Virus record (IMG/VR): IMGVR_UViG_3300038755_000021
Span: 1-64,000 of that record
DNA from: an uncultured virus (IMG/VR IMGVR_UViG_3300038755_000021)
Taxonomy: Duplodnaviria > Heunggongvirae > Uroviricota > Caudoviricetes
Strand: one strand, 5' to 3'
Length of the DNA: 64,000 nt
The notes beneath the pieces were generated by a model. The model had not been told where the DNA came from, did not search any database, and saw nothing but the letters and a program-made list of their open reading frames with translations. Each line of letters opens with the position of its first letter. Within the stretch, counting starts at the first letter, position 1. Shown piece by piece: positions 46,001-57,594 of this stretch. The position numbers were made by a program, and so were the translations under genes.

Positions 46001-47935
46001 AGAGAACATGATGCAGCAGATGCAAAAAATTATGCTGGTTTACACTCACCTGGAGGTATAGCTAAATCATGGGGGCAAGCATTACCATTAACTGCTCCAG
46101 AAACAGATTACTATTACCCTAGAGTATTAAAAACTTTAATTACATTCTGGGGTGAATTTGAAATCTGTCCTTGGTTAAGAGCTACAGGAGATCCTGAATT
46201 AGGAGAATATTATTATCCTAAATTACATACAAAATTTATAGATTCACATGCTCCAGAGAAACATCCTTGGGAGGAATCTTTTATTAATAGATTTTATCAT
46301 AAAATTGAGCAACCATCAAAGTGGTCAATAACTAAGAAGACTTTGATAAAAACTCTTATTAATCTAGTTCTACCAATGTTAGGAGTAGCAACTATATTTG
46401 ATATAGATTCAGGTACAGATTTTATTGGTAAATTAGTACAGACACCAATGTTAGTAGCAATATGGTACGTATTAGCTCAAGTACTCTTTACTGGTGATTT
46501 CTTAGATAAACTTGTTGGTATAGATGAATGTAAAACTGATTCAGAAGGTGGTCAAGAGGATTCTAATATTGTTAACTTTGAAGATAATTATCATAGATAT
46601 AATTTTGATTATTCTAAAGTAAATGATATATATCCTTTTTATCCAATGCCAGATCCATATAATACATGTGATTGCTCAGATTGTGATTCATTTACAACTA
46701 ATGAAATATATTATTCTAATAAACAGATTATAACATCTTCTGTAGATTCATATAAGAATTTTAACGGAAATAACTATTTAAATATTCCCGCAGATTCAGG
46801 TTTACTTAAAAAGTTATTTATAAGAAATAATGAGTTCTATGCTCACACTACAGATTCTATATGGAAATTACAATATCAAAATGTAGCAATACCATCTAAT
46901 ATTGGAACTCTTATAATGGGTTCAGGAGATATGTTTACAGATCCTCAAAATATGATGTATGGTATTATTGAAGGTTATGGTGGATTACAAGATCCAAACT
47001 CAGCTATATCTACTGCATTTGGTTATTTCTTTGTAGACTATGATGGTAAAAAGATTTATCAGTTTACTGATGGATTACAGGACATAACAATGTCCAATAT
47101 GAATAACTTCTTTAAAGATAATTTAGCATTTTGTTCTACAGATGACTGTAGAGATGAAATGGTCCAGGGAAGTAATTACTTTAATTTTGGTATAGATTAT
47201 AGGTTTAACAGATTACTCTTTACTAAAGCAGAACCAGGATGTGGTGCTTATACATTATCCTATGATTTATTTAGTAAGCAATGGATATCTTTTCACTCAT
47301 ATCAGCCACAGTTTTATCTCTTTGATAGAGAGACTTTATACTCTATCTATGATAATAAGATTCACTCACATACTGCAAAATGTAATTATCAGACATACTA
47401 TGGTAAATACTATCCTTGTGTATTAGAGTTTTCTGCTAGGAAACCTGAGACAGAAATAGCTGCTTTTGAGTATAAGAGTACAATCTTTAACACAGAGGCT
47501 AGGCAATGTCATGAAGGAGATAAAGCTACTTTGTTTAAAAGAGAAGGTTTCTCTAAAGTTTGGATAAGAAATTCTCACCAAACAACTGGTTACTTAGATT
47601 TAAAACCAGTGTTATCTGGAGAGAATATGAGAGATAAACTACAGGAAACTCCTGGGGTATTAGATATGGTATGGGAAGGTAATCAATGGAGAATAAATGA
47701 AGTATATGATTTTACATCAAATTCAGAGTTACCAATAGTTACAAATAACTGTAGTTGTTTATACAACGCTGAACCTACAAACGTTGATTATAATCAAGCA
47801 TTTTCAGTACAGGCGTATAATAATAGACAACTTTTTGATAATTATTTGACATACCGTATAATTTTTGATAAATTTGCAGATTTGAAGTTATATATCAAGT
47901 CTGTATATACATATATACAGAAAGAATCTCAATAA
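43013..47935 (+). CDS. Tail stabilisation (muzzle) protein
   Basis: Frame open from 43007 with NSFEGGLN...Y.HA.N; G.YQF, SFMRGETY.FGIV, VRHHKFP and W.SFHSY.P motifs; probable ATA start at 43013. Confidence 0.8.
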   Translation: MPNNYIVNSFEGGLNPEVHPDGGNNKTYSHALNIVSKDYEYKSYISNEHSTEEVLDLGSTIVGASFIDDRNSTLFFLENGELWLFDHNKKDKTFVASDTEFGCDWGFKSCEWVYGEFKTIQPCSELHVYWSSGCIYYTINIDLMLDPVRKAALKEEIKQERRQCSDKTCDYFRIFKCSTIPKVTPIPHEDGGELAGGAYQFVVRLKDRDGNTTNWFNISDPVYIPTEHNQSGERGTGLIELTVSCLDCKYDKLELAVIKTISGVITADLLTEGSYNSRNFSYTYYGNEKNPIDISEIIVKRNTYIQGRDLIQKDGRLYLYSIKQLKNLDYQRRANQVTATVVEYEYSYEEVVKFNLKSFMRGETYAFGIVWNYCDGTHTPVFHIPSSTGGGGGNAESATSNNTSSSTGNADAASSSPYHRTRTPKKDTVSDPQHDEYDDILEQDLASWETKVDDICVGLADCEECPKGEQQCNADKQELDDIANSFEDIVSSYTNELDGGLTIDFSSASTIKDSARKIIEAVKKRERIEKNKRENKLDKGDSPQYEDGADSEYDFSEGENAVGSTFYDCCGTDLSGTNPKINYLGRTLVDTEQDIYYPDMTNCLGEKIYGVLAGQNVRHHKFPDSSKIPHYVSKSVGVPSIFTPDADEYKDGYCKLLGIRFANIQKPTDEELAKPLSANNPYTIVYVKRTESNKKVKAKGLATKTFIASNGGKEYVYPRHAVNSWETVDRNIDVDGSRMVQNPADGESFNFHSLDTNVKKFALNFNRFKPEMELHGSGARHGLYAEGKKPDNQYYGTKIDQAGAREAINLNNYVLLTENLETPLYKIYARAHSVTAPPRGGTKPLMNRYRESSVWIGGLLPSLTQGKTADSDDSFIGDVWDHTVPITKAAAHYVTLYRDLPNQYGDLTGLTYSFLLNSTCNYSPTIEGIVGDIYIGPYSFRRTGYISDKVGDEFDIPGGQASLTGTVTKKEKRSICDPPEDPIHALAGNWYWSQLPREHDAADAKNYAGLHSPGGIAKSWGQALPLTAPETDYYYPRVLKTLITFWGEFEICPWLRATGDPELGEYYYPKLHTKFIDSHAPEKHPWEESFINRFYHKIEQPSKWSITKKTLIKTLINLVLPMLGVATIFDIDSGTDFIGKLVQTPMLVAIWYVLAQVLFTGDFLDKLVGIDECKTDSEGGQEDSNIVNFEDNYHRYNFDYSKVNDIYPFYPMPDPYNTCDCSDCDSFTTNEIYYSNKQIITSSVDSYKNFNGNNYLNIPADSGLLKKLFIRNNEFYAHTTDSIWKLQYQNVAIPSNIGTLIMGSGDMFTDPQNMMYGIIEGYGGLQDPNSAISTAFGYFFVDYDGKKIYQFTDGLQDITMSNMNNFFKDNLAFCSTDDCRDEMVQGSNYFNFGIDYRFNRLLFTKAEPGCGAYTLSYDLFSKQWISFHSYQPQFYLFDRETLYSIYDNKIHSHTAKCNYQTYYGKYYPCVLEFSARKPETEIAAFEYKSTIFNTEARQCHEGDKATLFKREGFSKVWIRNSHQTTGYLDLKPVLSGENMRDKLQETPGVLDMVWEGNQWRINEVYDFTSNSELPIVTNNCSCLYNAEPTNVDYNQAFSVQAYNNRQLFDNYLTYRIIFDKFADLKLYIKSVYTYIQKESQ
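47845..47876 (+). promoter_or_regulatory. Bacteroidota promoter inside the 3' end of the stabilisation gene
   Basis: TTTG-N20-TAAATTTG, 58 nt upstream of the cargo genes. Confidence 0.55.
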
Positions 47936-49311
47936 TGGCACTAAAAAAATATCAATGGGGAGGTTGGAATAACAACTGGGGGAACACACCTGTGGATCCT
48001 TCAGATCCTTCATATACTTATAATACTCTATTACAGTCTGATGCTCCGTTTACAGATAAGTGGTTAAACACTATGAGAGATTTGGAACTACAATTTCAGG
48101 TCAATGCTCCAGGACAATTTGATGAAGGAAAGTTTAATACAGATTTTACAAACAAATATGGTAATGCGCCAACAGCTACCTCTTATACTCCATCAAATAA
48201 TTACTCAGGTTCTAAACCTGGATCAGTATATACTGGAGGAGGTTACAGTCCATCTTGGGCAAAGCAGACTAATAACAATACTGGTTTTGGATATAATGGA
48301 GTAGGCTCTGGAAATTTAGGACAGATTAATCCTCAGATGTCATATAATAATATGAGGAACACCCAACTAGAAGCAGCTAAAAAGAAATGGGAAGAGGATA
48401 ATAAAAACTATACATCTAATGCTCAAAATGCAATGAAATTCATTGGTCCAATTGGTGCATTAATGATGGGTAATAAAGGGGAAGAAGCTTATAAGAATAA
48501 ATCAAAAGATAATCTAAATCCTGAATTAGGATTCTATGGATTTAATTATCAAGATGGAGGTTATGCTCCACCAGAATCTCAAGGTATTAATTACTTAACA
48601 AAACCTGAATCTGAAAAAGATAGATTAATAAGAGAGAAATTAGAAAGGGTTCAAAGAGCTTCAAATTTTGGTAAGAACCAAATAAAGAAAATAGAACCAT
48701 ATTTAGATGCAGCTAGTGCTATACCTTTTTTAGGAAGGTTTCCTGCAGCTTTATTTGCTGGTATGAATATGGGAGAAGGTAATACTTCAGGTGCAGGATT
48801 GAATTTTTTAACAGCAATTGCTGGTAAAACTCTTGGTCAAGAAACTTCTGCTTTAGCTAAAGTACTAAACAAGGGTGCACATGGTAATCATCTTTATCAT
48901 AAAGCACACTTAGCAGAACAAGCATTATTAGATAGTAATAGAGTTAATACTCCTTATGTAGATACATCTAAAATACAGAGAAGAGATAATACTCTTGTAT
49001 CTAGTTTTCAAAGTGGTGGATTTACGAATTTGACAGGGTATACTCCTGGTTATCAAACATTTAATAATCCATATAACGTAATTCCATCAAATAATATTTC
49101 TCTCCAGAATACACCCTTTGCTTTGATGGGTGTTGCAGATAATGGTCAATCTAAAGTTATGTTACCAGGAAATAGTTATAAATTTCCAGGAGCATCTAAA
49201 GTTTTAGAAATACCTATGAAGAATAAAGGTGGTTATTCAGAAGAAATGGATTTAAGTTTAGAGCAAATAATGGAATTAAGAAAACAAGGTTATAAAGTAG
49301 AAGTACAATGA
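47935..49311 (+). CDS. Putative cargo/ejection protein
   Basis: Low-complexity N/G-rich; several xQxGG motifs. Confidence 0.6.
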   Translation: MALKKYQWGGWNNNWGNTPVDPSDPSYTYNTLLQSDAPFTDKWLNTMRDLELQFQVNAPGQFDEGKFNTDFTNKYGNAPTATSYTPSNNYSGSKPGSVYTGGGYSPSWAKQTNNNTGFGYNGVGSGNLGQINPQMSYNNMRNTQLEAAKKKWEEDNKNYTSNAQNAMKFIGPIGALMMGNKGEEAYKNKSKDNLNPELGFYGFNYQDGGYAPPESQGINYLTKPESEKDRLIREKLERVQRASNFGKNQIKKIEPYLDAASAIPFLGRFPAALFAGMNMGEGNTSGAGLNFLTAIAGKTLGQETSALAKVLNKGAHGNHLYHKAHLAEQALLDSNRVNTPYVDTSKIQRRDNTLVSSFQSGGFTNLTGYTPGYQTFNNPYNVIPSNNISLQNTPFALMGVADNGQSKVMLPGNSYKFPGASKVLEIPMKNKGGYSEEMDLSLEQIMELRKQGYKVEVQ

Positions 49312-51542
49312 AATGTAAAGTAACTAAAATGCAAGAAGGTGGTGAAGAATGGAATCCAATACAAACAGAAGTTGGAGAATACATTGCCCATCTTAATGGA
49401 GATATAACTCCAGTGAAAGCTAAGAAACTCCATAAGAATATGGATGATGATGAAGTTACAGATATACTTCCTCAAGGTGCCTATGTTTTTTCTAGAGATA
49501 AGAAAATGACAATTGATCCTAGAAAGAAATTTAAAGGAATGGATTTAGATTTCACATTAGGATATGGAGAAGCATATTATTCAGAACAAAAACCAAATAC
49601 ATCAGTTCCCAAAGAAGTAAAGTTTACAGACATTATGAATAAGCCATTTACCCCATCTGAGTATGCAAAAGTATTATCTCAGAAATACCCTGTATCAGAT
49701 AGAGAATTTGATGCATTTACAACATTAGCTTCTAATGAAAATAAGGAATCAAGATTACCTTATTTAGAAGTATTAAAATTTATTTCAGAAGAAAAAAAAC
49801 CTAAACCTATACAACAATTTAGATATGGTGGTTATCCTAAATATCAATATGGAGCAGAGATAATGGGTCAGGTAGCAGGAATGTTACCTCTTTCAGAATT
49901 AGTACAACAATTAAATGAAGACCATCTTACTCATAGAAAACAACAATTAAATAAACCTATCTCAGAAAAAGGTGATCCATATGAGTACATGTTACAAGAT
50001 GGTCTATGGAAAACAAGAAAGAGAGGTCAAGGTTCTTGGAAAGATTTAAATCAAGCAGGTATTGTAGAAGTAGAAAAAAGATTATCTTCAGGAAGATATG
50101 ATAATTATAAATATAAATCTTCTCCTGCTACTAAGAGGAAAGTAGAAAACCCTGGTACAACATTACCTACTGCTGATCCAATGGCACAATTTAATGCTTG
50201 GAATAGTTTAGGACAATATAGTCAACCAAATAACTTACAATATAATTCTACAAATCCATCATCCTTAAATTTTCAAGTAACAGATCAAAATATGTCTGGA
50301 AATGGTGATCCTGGACCAATGATGGGAATTGATGTTGGTTTAGCAGGTTTATCAAGTGCCATACCTTATGGTCAGGTGATGAGTAATCTTGCTTTGAAAA
50401 TGGGGCCAAAATTAATGCCAACATATATGCAAGCTATGGCGCAAGGAAATTTACCACTAGCATCTCAAATACTAAATGCTAGTTCTAATGTAGCTCCAAA
50501 AGTTATGCAATCTGCACAAGCTGTTTCTCCAACAAATTATATGCAATTTTTTCAACCAGCAATGCAATCAACATCATATATACCAAGAGGTTTTAGATAT
50601 GGAGGTGAAATTCCTAAATATCAATTAGAAGGTTTAGTTGGTGCAGCTGCAGGAGCATTAGCTGATGTACCATTTAAATTATTTAATGTATTTCAAAGTA
50701 TAGGTGATAGACGTAGAGCAAAGAGAGATTATAAACAAACATTAAAAGAAATAAATGAGTTAAAATCTTATAATACTAATTCTTTAAATAACTCAGCTAA
50801 TATGGGTTATGCATCTACTATGGGTAATTATTTAACTCAAGATCCTTCTTATGATTATTTAAATCTTACAGATCCAATACAAAGAACTAATAGTACATAT
50901 CAAGATGTATTAAATAATATTGATTCTGATAAAGCTAATACTATGAATATGGCAAATCAGAGTACTAATTCTTTTTATAGAAATGCTGGTAATTTAGGTT
51001 TGTCTCCTAACCAGGCTGGGAATTATGCTAGTTCAATGCATGCTAATGCTTTAAATAATGCTTCACAACAATCATTAAGATTAAATGATTCTTATAGAAA
51101 TACATTGTTGGATAGATCAAAAACATTATCTGCTTATGATGAAGCTTTATTAAGAGATCAACAGTATGGTAAAAATTTAGTAAGATTAAATGGAAATAGA
51201 TTAAACTCAGGATTATTTCAAGGAGTAAATCAATCTTATCAGGGAAGAGAACAAGGTTTAAGAGATTTAGAAAATCAAAGTTTAGCAGCAAAGATGGGTG
51301 CTAGAAATCAACAAGCTAATTTCTTAACTAACAATGGTTATATGCAAGCACACATGTTTTCACAATTAGGTGATGCTTTAAAACCATTAGCTAATGCTGC
51401 TTTTAGTAGACAACCTAATACATACTTAGATCCATATGGTATGCGTAGGCAACAACAGATGACTGCTCCAACAATTGATCCATTTATACAAGATGATGGT
51501 GCATCTGGAAATTATTATTATGATTATAGTCAAAATGGATAA
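49308..51542 (+). CDS. Putative cargo/ejection protein
   Basis: E.GE...H...VFS N-terminal domain; xxGG motifs; N/Q-rich helical tail. Confidence 0.6.
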   Translation: MKCKVTKMQEGGEEWNPIQTEVGEYIAHLNGDITPVKAKKLHKNMDDDEVTDILPQGAYVFSRDKKMTIDPRKKFKGMDLDFTLGYGEAYYSEQKPNTSVPKEVKFTDIMNKPFTPSEYAKVLSQKYPVSDREFDAFTTLASNENKESRLPYLEVLKFISEEKKPKPIQQFRYGGYPKYQYGAEIMGQVAGMLPLSELVQQLNEDHLTHRKQQLNKPISEKGDPYEYMLQDGLWKTRKRGQGSWKDLNQAGIVEVEKRLSSGRYDNYKYKSSPATKRKVENPGTTLPTADPMAQFNAWNSLGQYSQPNNLQYNSTNPSSLNFQVTDQNMSGNGDPGPMMGIDVGLAGLSSAIPYGQVMSNLALKMGPKLMPTYMQAMAQGNLPLASQILNASSNVAPKVMQSAQAVSPTNYMQFFQPAMQSTSYIPRGFRYGGEIPKYQLEGLVGAAAGALADVPFKLFNVFQSIGDRRRAKRDYKQTLKEINELKSYNTNSLNNSANMGYASTMGNYLTQDPSYDYLNLTDPIQRTNSTYQDVLNNIDSDKANTMNMANQSTNSFYRNAGNLGLSPNQAGNYASSMHANALNNASQQSLRLNDSYRNTLLDRSKTLSAYDEALLRDQQYGKNLVRLNGNRLNSGLFQGVNQSYQGREQGLRDLENQSLAAKMGARNQQANFLTNNGYMQAHMFSQLGDALKPLANAAFSRQPNTYLDPYGMRRQQQMTAPTIDPFIQDDGASGNYYYDYSQNG

Positions 51543-53287
51543 TGATAAAGAAATTTCAATTAGGAGGGGGTGTTCCTCAAGTATTTAATATAGAAATTCC
51601 ACAACAACCAAGAGTTGATTTAGGATCTGTTATACAAACTGCATCAATGCCAATTGACGCAGGAGTGCAAACATATTCCCAATTGAAAAATGTTGAATTT
51701 AATAATGAAAGAATAAAGATTGAAAAAGATAGAGAAGAAAGATTAAAAGCTCAAGAAAAAATAAACAATTTAAAAATTATATCTGAGTTTGCAGATAAAT
51801 CTTCTCAATGGGGAGTATTACCTGGTGATCAAGCAGAAATGGAATCTATATTAGGAGAATTAAATGATCCTGCTTTAATGGCTAGAGCTATGAAAGATCC
51901 TAATGCAACAGCAGAATATATAAGTAATTACGTAATAGCATCTGGAAAAATGAATCCGGCATTGAGAAGGAGAAAAATTTATGATGAAGCTGTTAAACAA
52001 CATACTGATGTATATGAAAAATATTTAGATTTAATTCCAAATGCAGCAGATGTATTAGATACAGAATTTGGACAGAAAATGGAAGAATGGAGTAATAGAT
52101 TAGGAAGATTTGCAAATGGTGATCCTACTGTTTCACAGACATCAATAACTCCTGCAGGTATGGGTATTGAAAAAATGATATCTCCAGAAGGTTTGAAAGA
52201 ACATGTTGAAAAGAAAAAACAAATAGATCAATCAAAACTTGACTATGAAAAAGTAAAAATGAATGAGTTAAGTGAAGAAATAAAAACTAAAGAGCAATTA
52301 AGAGAAGGTTTATATAATGCAGCCAAAGAGAGATTAAAAATACAAATTCCAAATGATCAATTAACTCCTAAACAAGATCAAGATATTAGAGCAGAAATTG
52401 TAAGGCAAGATGTAGAATTAAAAATTGCTAAAACTAATAACGAAATAGAAAGTGCTAAATTAGATGCCGCAAAAACTGCACAACTAAGTTTTGAGAATGT
52501 TGGTTTAAAACTTAAAAATATTAGTCAGTGGTCAACTGCTGCTTCAGCAATTAATATGGCATTACCAGCAGGTATAAAAGTATTAGAACAAGATCTTAGT
52601 GATTTAGATGCAGTAATAAAATCTTTAAAGCCAGAGCAACTAGAAGATTTTTTCAGATCTATTAAAAATAATAAAGAGTTTAATAATTTATTCTCTACTT
52701 CTAAAGATGAGTTTACTGCAGATTATAGAAGTTACTTAGATTATGTTAAGAAACCAGGTAATGAAAATATTACTTATCCAGAGTTTAAAAGTACTAATAG
52801 TTCTGTAACTAATTATGGTTATAGAAATGTTAATGGAGGTACTAATAATGTTGCAACAACAAAAGATGGTACTGAAGTAAATGCTGCTAGAATTGGTGGT
52901 ACATGGGTACAAAATGATTCTGAATTTAAAAAGAAATATAAAGACTCAGCTAGTTTTGTTGTAACACAAAACCCAGCAACAGGTATAGATACTCCTTATA
53001 TGATGTTTTCTCATACTGATAGTGAGGATAGTAAGAAGTTATTACATGATATGACTAATTGGGCTTATGTAGATGAAGGTCTACTTTGGCTTGATTTAGA
53101 TGTATCTGATTTTGATACTACAAAAGTTCCAGGTTCTTTCCATAAAGATGGTATATTATATGTACCAATTCCAGATACTCAAGGTGGAGTATCAACAAAC
53201 AAAACAAACAACAAAGCAAGTTCAAAATCTGGAGCTCCAAATGTTGTTCCCAAACAAAGAAATTATGTTCCAGACTATGTAAAATAG
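51542..53287 (+). CDS. Putative cargo/ejection protein
   Basis: Starts KKFQLGG; coiled coil. Confidence 0.6.
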   Translation: MIKKFQLGGGVPQVFNIEIPQQPRVDLGSVIQTASMPIDAGVQTYSQLKNVEFNNERIKIEKDREERLKAQEKINNLKIISEFADKSSQWGVLPGDQAEMESILGELNDPALMARAMKDPNATAEYISNYVIASGKMNPALRRRKIYDEAVKQHTDVYEKYLDLIPNAADVLDTEFGQKMEEWSNRLGRFANGDPTVSQTSITPAGMGIEKMISPEGLKEHVEKKKQIDQSKLDYEKVKMNELSEEIKTKEQLREGLYNAAKERLKIQIPNDQLTPKQDQDIRAEIVRQDVELKIAKTNNEIESAKLDAAKTAQLSFENVGLKLKNISQWSTAASAINMALPAGIKVLEQDLSDLDAVIKSLKPEQLEDFFRSIKNNKEFNNLFSTSKDEFTADYRSYLDYVKKPGNENITYPEFKSTNSSVTNYGYRNVNGGTNNVATTKDGTEVNAARIGGTWVQNDSEFKKKYKDSASFVVTQNPATGIDTPYMMFSHTDSEDSKKLLHDMTNWAYVDEGLLWLDLDVSDFDTTKVPGSFHKDGILYVPIPDTQGGVSTNKTNNKASSKSGAPNVVPKQRNYVPDYVK

Positions 53288-53293
53288 AATTTA

Positions 53294-56200
53294 ATGAATG
53301 AAGAAATGGTAAAAGCCTTGTATGAAAAACTTGGCTTAAATGGAACTGTAGATTATGATAAATTTAGAACTGACATAGAGGGTAACCCAGCTATGCAAAA
53401 AGCTGTTTATGATAAATTAGGGTTACAAAATAAAAATGTTGATTATTCACAATTTGAAAAAGATTTAGGTGCCAATATTAGAACACCTTTACATGACTAT
53501 GTTGCTGCATTAGAAAGTGATAATAATTATCAAGCATATAATCCAGATGGAGGAGGACAAGGTGCAGTAGGTGCTTATCAAGTAAGATATCAGAGTCATA
53601 ACAAAAATGGTGATGTATCTAGAATAACTGGTACAAAAAATAGAGATGAATTTTATTCTGATTCTTATGCTCAGGATAAATATATGTCTCATTTAATTGA
53701 TCAATATCAACAACATCTTCCAGAACTTCAAAAGATAAATGAAGAAAGAGGATTAGGATTAAGTGATTGGGAATTGATGTATACAGAACATCATGAAGGT
53801 TATGATGGTGCTAAAAAATATCTATTAACTGGTACTTCAAAATTTGGTTCTGAAGAGACTTTAGATACAATGTATCAGAAAGGTAGGAAATATTTAGAAT
53901 CAGGTGGACAAACATTAGCAACAAATAAAGGAAATGCATCTGCTCCAGTATCATCTTTAATATCCTTTGATACAGATGTAGATCAATCAAAATTTACAGA
54001 TGAATTAGTTAAAAACCTTTATAAACAAAATGGGGGTAAAGGAGAAGTTGCACAAGCTGGTATACAAAAATATAATGGACTTTTTGGTAAATATGACAAT
54101 ACTTATGCAATATCTGTAAGAGATACTTTAGGTGAAGATCATTTAATTAAATATGAAGATGTAGATTCTAGTTCTGATTTAGAAGGTGCGCAGAATAATT
54201 TAATAGAATTAGGTGGGGCCTTTGCAAATGGAATAGCTAAAGCAGGATTTCGTACTGTTGGATTATTAAAAGATCTTCAGGAATTAATTACTTCTGGAGA
54301 TACTAGTTTAGATAAAGTATTTGATTATCAAGATAATCCTTTAACTAAAAAATTAACAGAAGCCTATAATACTAATATTGATCCCAGTCAATATTCTGAT
54401 CAATATAAAAAATTATTAGAAGATCAGAAAATAGCAGAAGAAGGTGGGGATAGCCTTAATGCATTAGGTAAATCTTTATCAAAAGTTTTTCATTCTGAAT
54501 TCTGGAAAGACAATGGTTTAGAAACTGTTGGTAATTCATTATCCTTTTTTGTTCCAGGTGTTGTTGCAGGTAAAGCTGCTGGTGCTGCTGTAAAAGGAGC
54601 TAAGGCATTAGGTTTAGGAGAAAAGGGTACTAAAGTGTTAGCTCAACTTGGAGTTGGTGCAACTTTAAATGGAGCATTAGAAGCAGGTGCAGAAGGTGCT
54701 GAAACATTTAAAGCAGCATATGAGCACGGTATAAAAAAGGGTATGACAGAAGAAGAAGCTAGAGTAATGGCTTCTGATTATGCTGCAGAGGTTGCCGCTA
54801 CTAATATGCCAATATTAATGGCATCCAATGCTTTAGAGTTATTAGGAATTGGTGGAAAACTATTATCTGCTACGGGTTTAAAAAGATTTATTTACAATGC
54901 AGCAGCGACTGCTGTACCAGAAGGTCTTCAAGAAGGATTACAATTTGGTATTCAAGATAATGCTAAAAGATATGAAACTGAAAAATATGATCCAAATAAA
55001 GTTGGTCTTATAGATAACTTTTCTGGAGCAATGGGTGGAGCATTAAACTCTGCTTATAAAGGTTTAGTAAATGCTAGTTCAGAATTCTATGATAGCGTAG
55101 TAATGGGTGGATTAATGGGAGGAGCATTTGGAGCTCCTGGTGCTGCTAAATCTACATATGATTATTATAAAGTTGAAAAACCTTTAGCTAAAGAAGTAAA
55201 CTCTGTACTAGCTAATAGTTTTTCAGACATATATGAGAGAGATGCTGATGGTAATTTCATAGATGATAATGGAAAGATAAAAATAAATGGTTCTAAATTA
55301 CAGTCACATCTTAATGGTTTACAAAATGAAAGATATTTAGCTGAGTTAGAATATCTTGCTGCTAAACAAGATAATGGTGAGGCAGTAAAGATGATACAAG
55401 GAAGTAAGATATCTAAAATTATACATGATTCTCTTGCATCTGGAAAAGATATAGACAATATTAAAAATGCAATAGATCAAGCATTTACTAAAGATGCTTA
55501 TAAAGATAATAAACTAAAAGAACATTATTCTTTTGAAGAATATAAAGATTTTAGAAGCAATGCTGTAAAATTTTCAGAAGATGCATATAATGAAACATAC
55601 TTTAATCCTCTATTAGCAAAACAAAGTGCAGGGTTTAAAGAAAATGTTTATTANNNNNNNNNNAATCTCTCTCAACAAAAAATGATTAATAATGAATTAT
55701 CTAAATATAATTCTAAATTAGAGAGTCTTCCTGAAAAATTATCTCCACTTCAAAAATTAGAAAAAGAAGATCTTACAACAAAGATTGAAGCAGTAACTAA
55801 ATTCAAAGAGAATTTAGAAAGTGCTTATATTGATATTTTCAAAGGTGCTAAAAAAGATAAAAAAACTTCTCAAAAAGAAACTAAAGCTGAAGAGCAAAAA
55901 ATAGAAGTTAATCAAGGTTTACAAGAAGGTAAATCTCCAGAAGAAATTATCATAGATTCTGATAATCCAGAAGGAGCAGTAGATATATTACAAGAAGAAG
56001 CTAAAAAGAATACTTTAAATTCTCTTGATACTCTTAATTCTAAAAAAGAATATCAAGAAAAAGTTAGAACCCATCCTCATTTGAGTAAAGAAATATCTGA
56101 TCATTATAATTCTAGAATAGAAAAACAAAAATCAAATCAAAAAGAGATTAAGTCTGCTCAAGATTTAGTTGGAAGATATGGAGAAGAAAATAGTCTATTA

Positions 56201-57583
56201 AAGGAACATGAAACAGATAATCTATTTTCTAATTTTAAAACTAGATTAGAAAATGAAGAAGGATTACAAGAAGAGATTAAGAATTATGAAACATTAAGAG
56301 ATAATCCTAATCATACTTTTAAACCAAATCCTAAGTTTAAATTCTTAGGTCAACATATATTAGCTGGTGGAAATCTAGATTCATATAGCTCTCTTTCAGC
56401 ATTAGAACATAATATTGCTGATCCATTACTACAAGATAGTATTGATAACAAACCTATAAGTAAGACAAAAGAGGATAAGAGAAAGAATGCTAAAATATTA
56501 AAAGATAAACTAGTATCCTTACATAAAGAAGGTAAAGTCACCAAAGAAGAAGCTATTGGTTATATAGAAGAAGCTTTTGTTAATAATAAGATTACTAAAG
56601 CATCTAAAAATAAATTAATAGAAGATGTAAATACTCTTTTTGTTAAGAAGGATCCTAGAATACAACAGTTAATAGATTTAGGTTATTCAGAAGATCAAGC
56701 ATTATTAGCTATTGAAAACGGTATTGCAGATGAAATAATATTAAAGAAGGGAAAATCTGATGTTTTATTTGAAGAAGGTCCTCCTATCATAACTCCTCTA
56801 TTTATAGACACAGCTGTAGGTGCACAGGCTAGTAATCAAAATTTAGTACAAGTTGAATCTGTAACTCCAGATGGTAAGAAATCTTTACATACCATAAGTA
56901 AAACCATATTATTTGGTTCTAATGATATAGATGGTATGTGGTCTTCTTCTAAACAAGATATACTTTGTGATCATTTTAAAGTTCCTTTTGGATCTACTTT
57001 TAGAATAGTATCACAACCTTCTGCTTTCTATGAAAGTAATTTAGTTGAAACTAATAAAATTTTATCTACAGCAAAACCTGGAGATCAATTTTATTATGAA
57101 ACAGATTATACTATATATAAAGATAAAAGTGATTTTGAAATCAATATAATATTTTATTCTAAAGATGGTAAAATAGTTACAAAAGAAACTGAAGGATCTA
57201 AGAAACACACTGCTGGAGTTGTTAGAGCAAATAGTAATCCTGCATTAAATATTGATGAAGCAACAGAAATATCTAAACTAAGAGATAAACTTTTTACTGG
57301 AATTTCTACTACAATTCCTATAAAATTAAAATCAGTAATAAGAAAAGCTTCTTTGAATATAGGAAATTTAAGAGGGTTAACTAAAGAAGAATCTAATAAT
57401 GAGTTTGATGTTGTAATAGCAGAGTGGGAAGGTACAGTACCTAGATTTTCATCTAACCAGAGTGTTGGAGATACATATAGTCCAGCTGGAAAAGGAAGTA
57501 TAAAAAGTTTTGTTCCAAGAATGATGGGTAAAGTATTCATGTTCCTAAAGTCTTGGGATAAGTCTGGTAATGAAAAAAATATA
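53294..57583 (+). CDS. Giant virion protein, segment 1: lysozyme/SLT-like domain, G/A-rich hydrophobic helices, coiled coils
   Basis: LES.NNY.A.N......AVGAYQ; no stop before the N-gap at 57584. Confidence 0.7.
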
Positions 57584-57594
57584 NNNNNNNNNNA

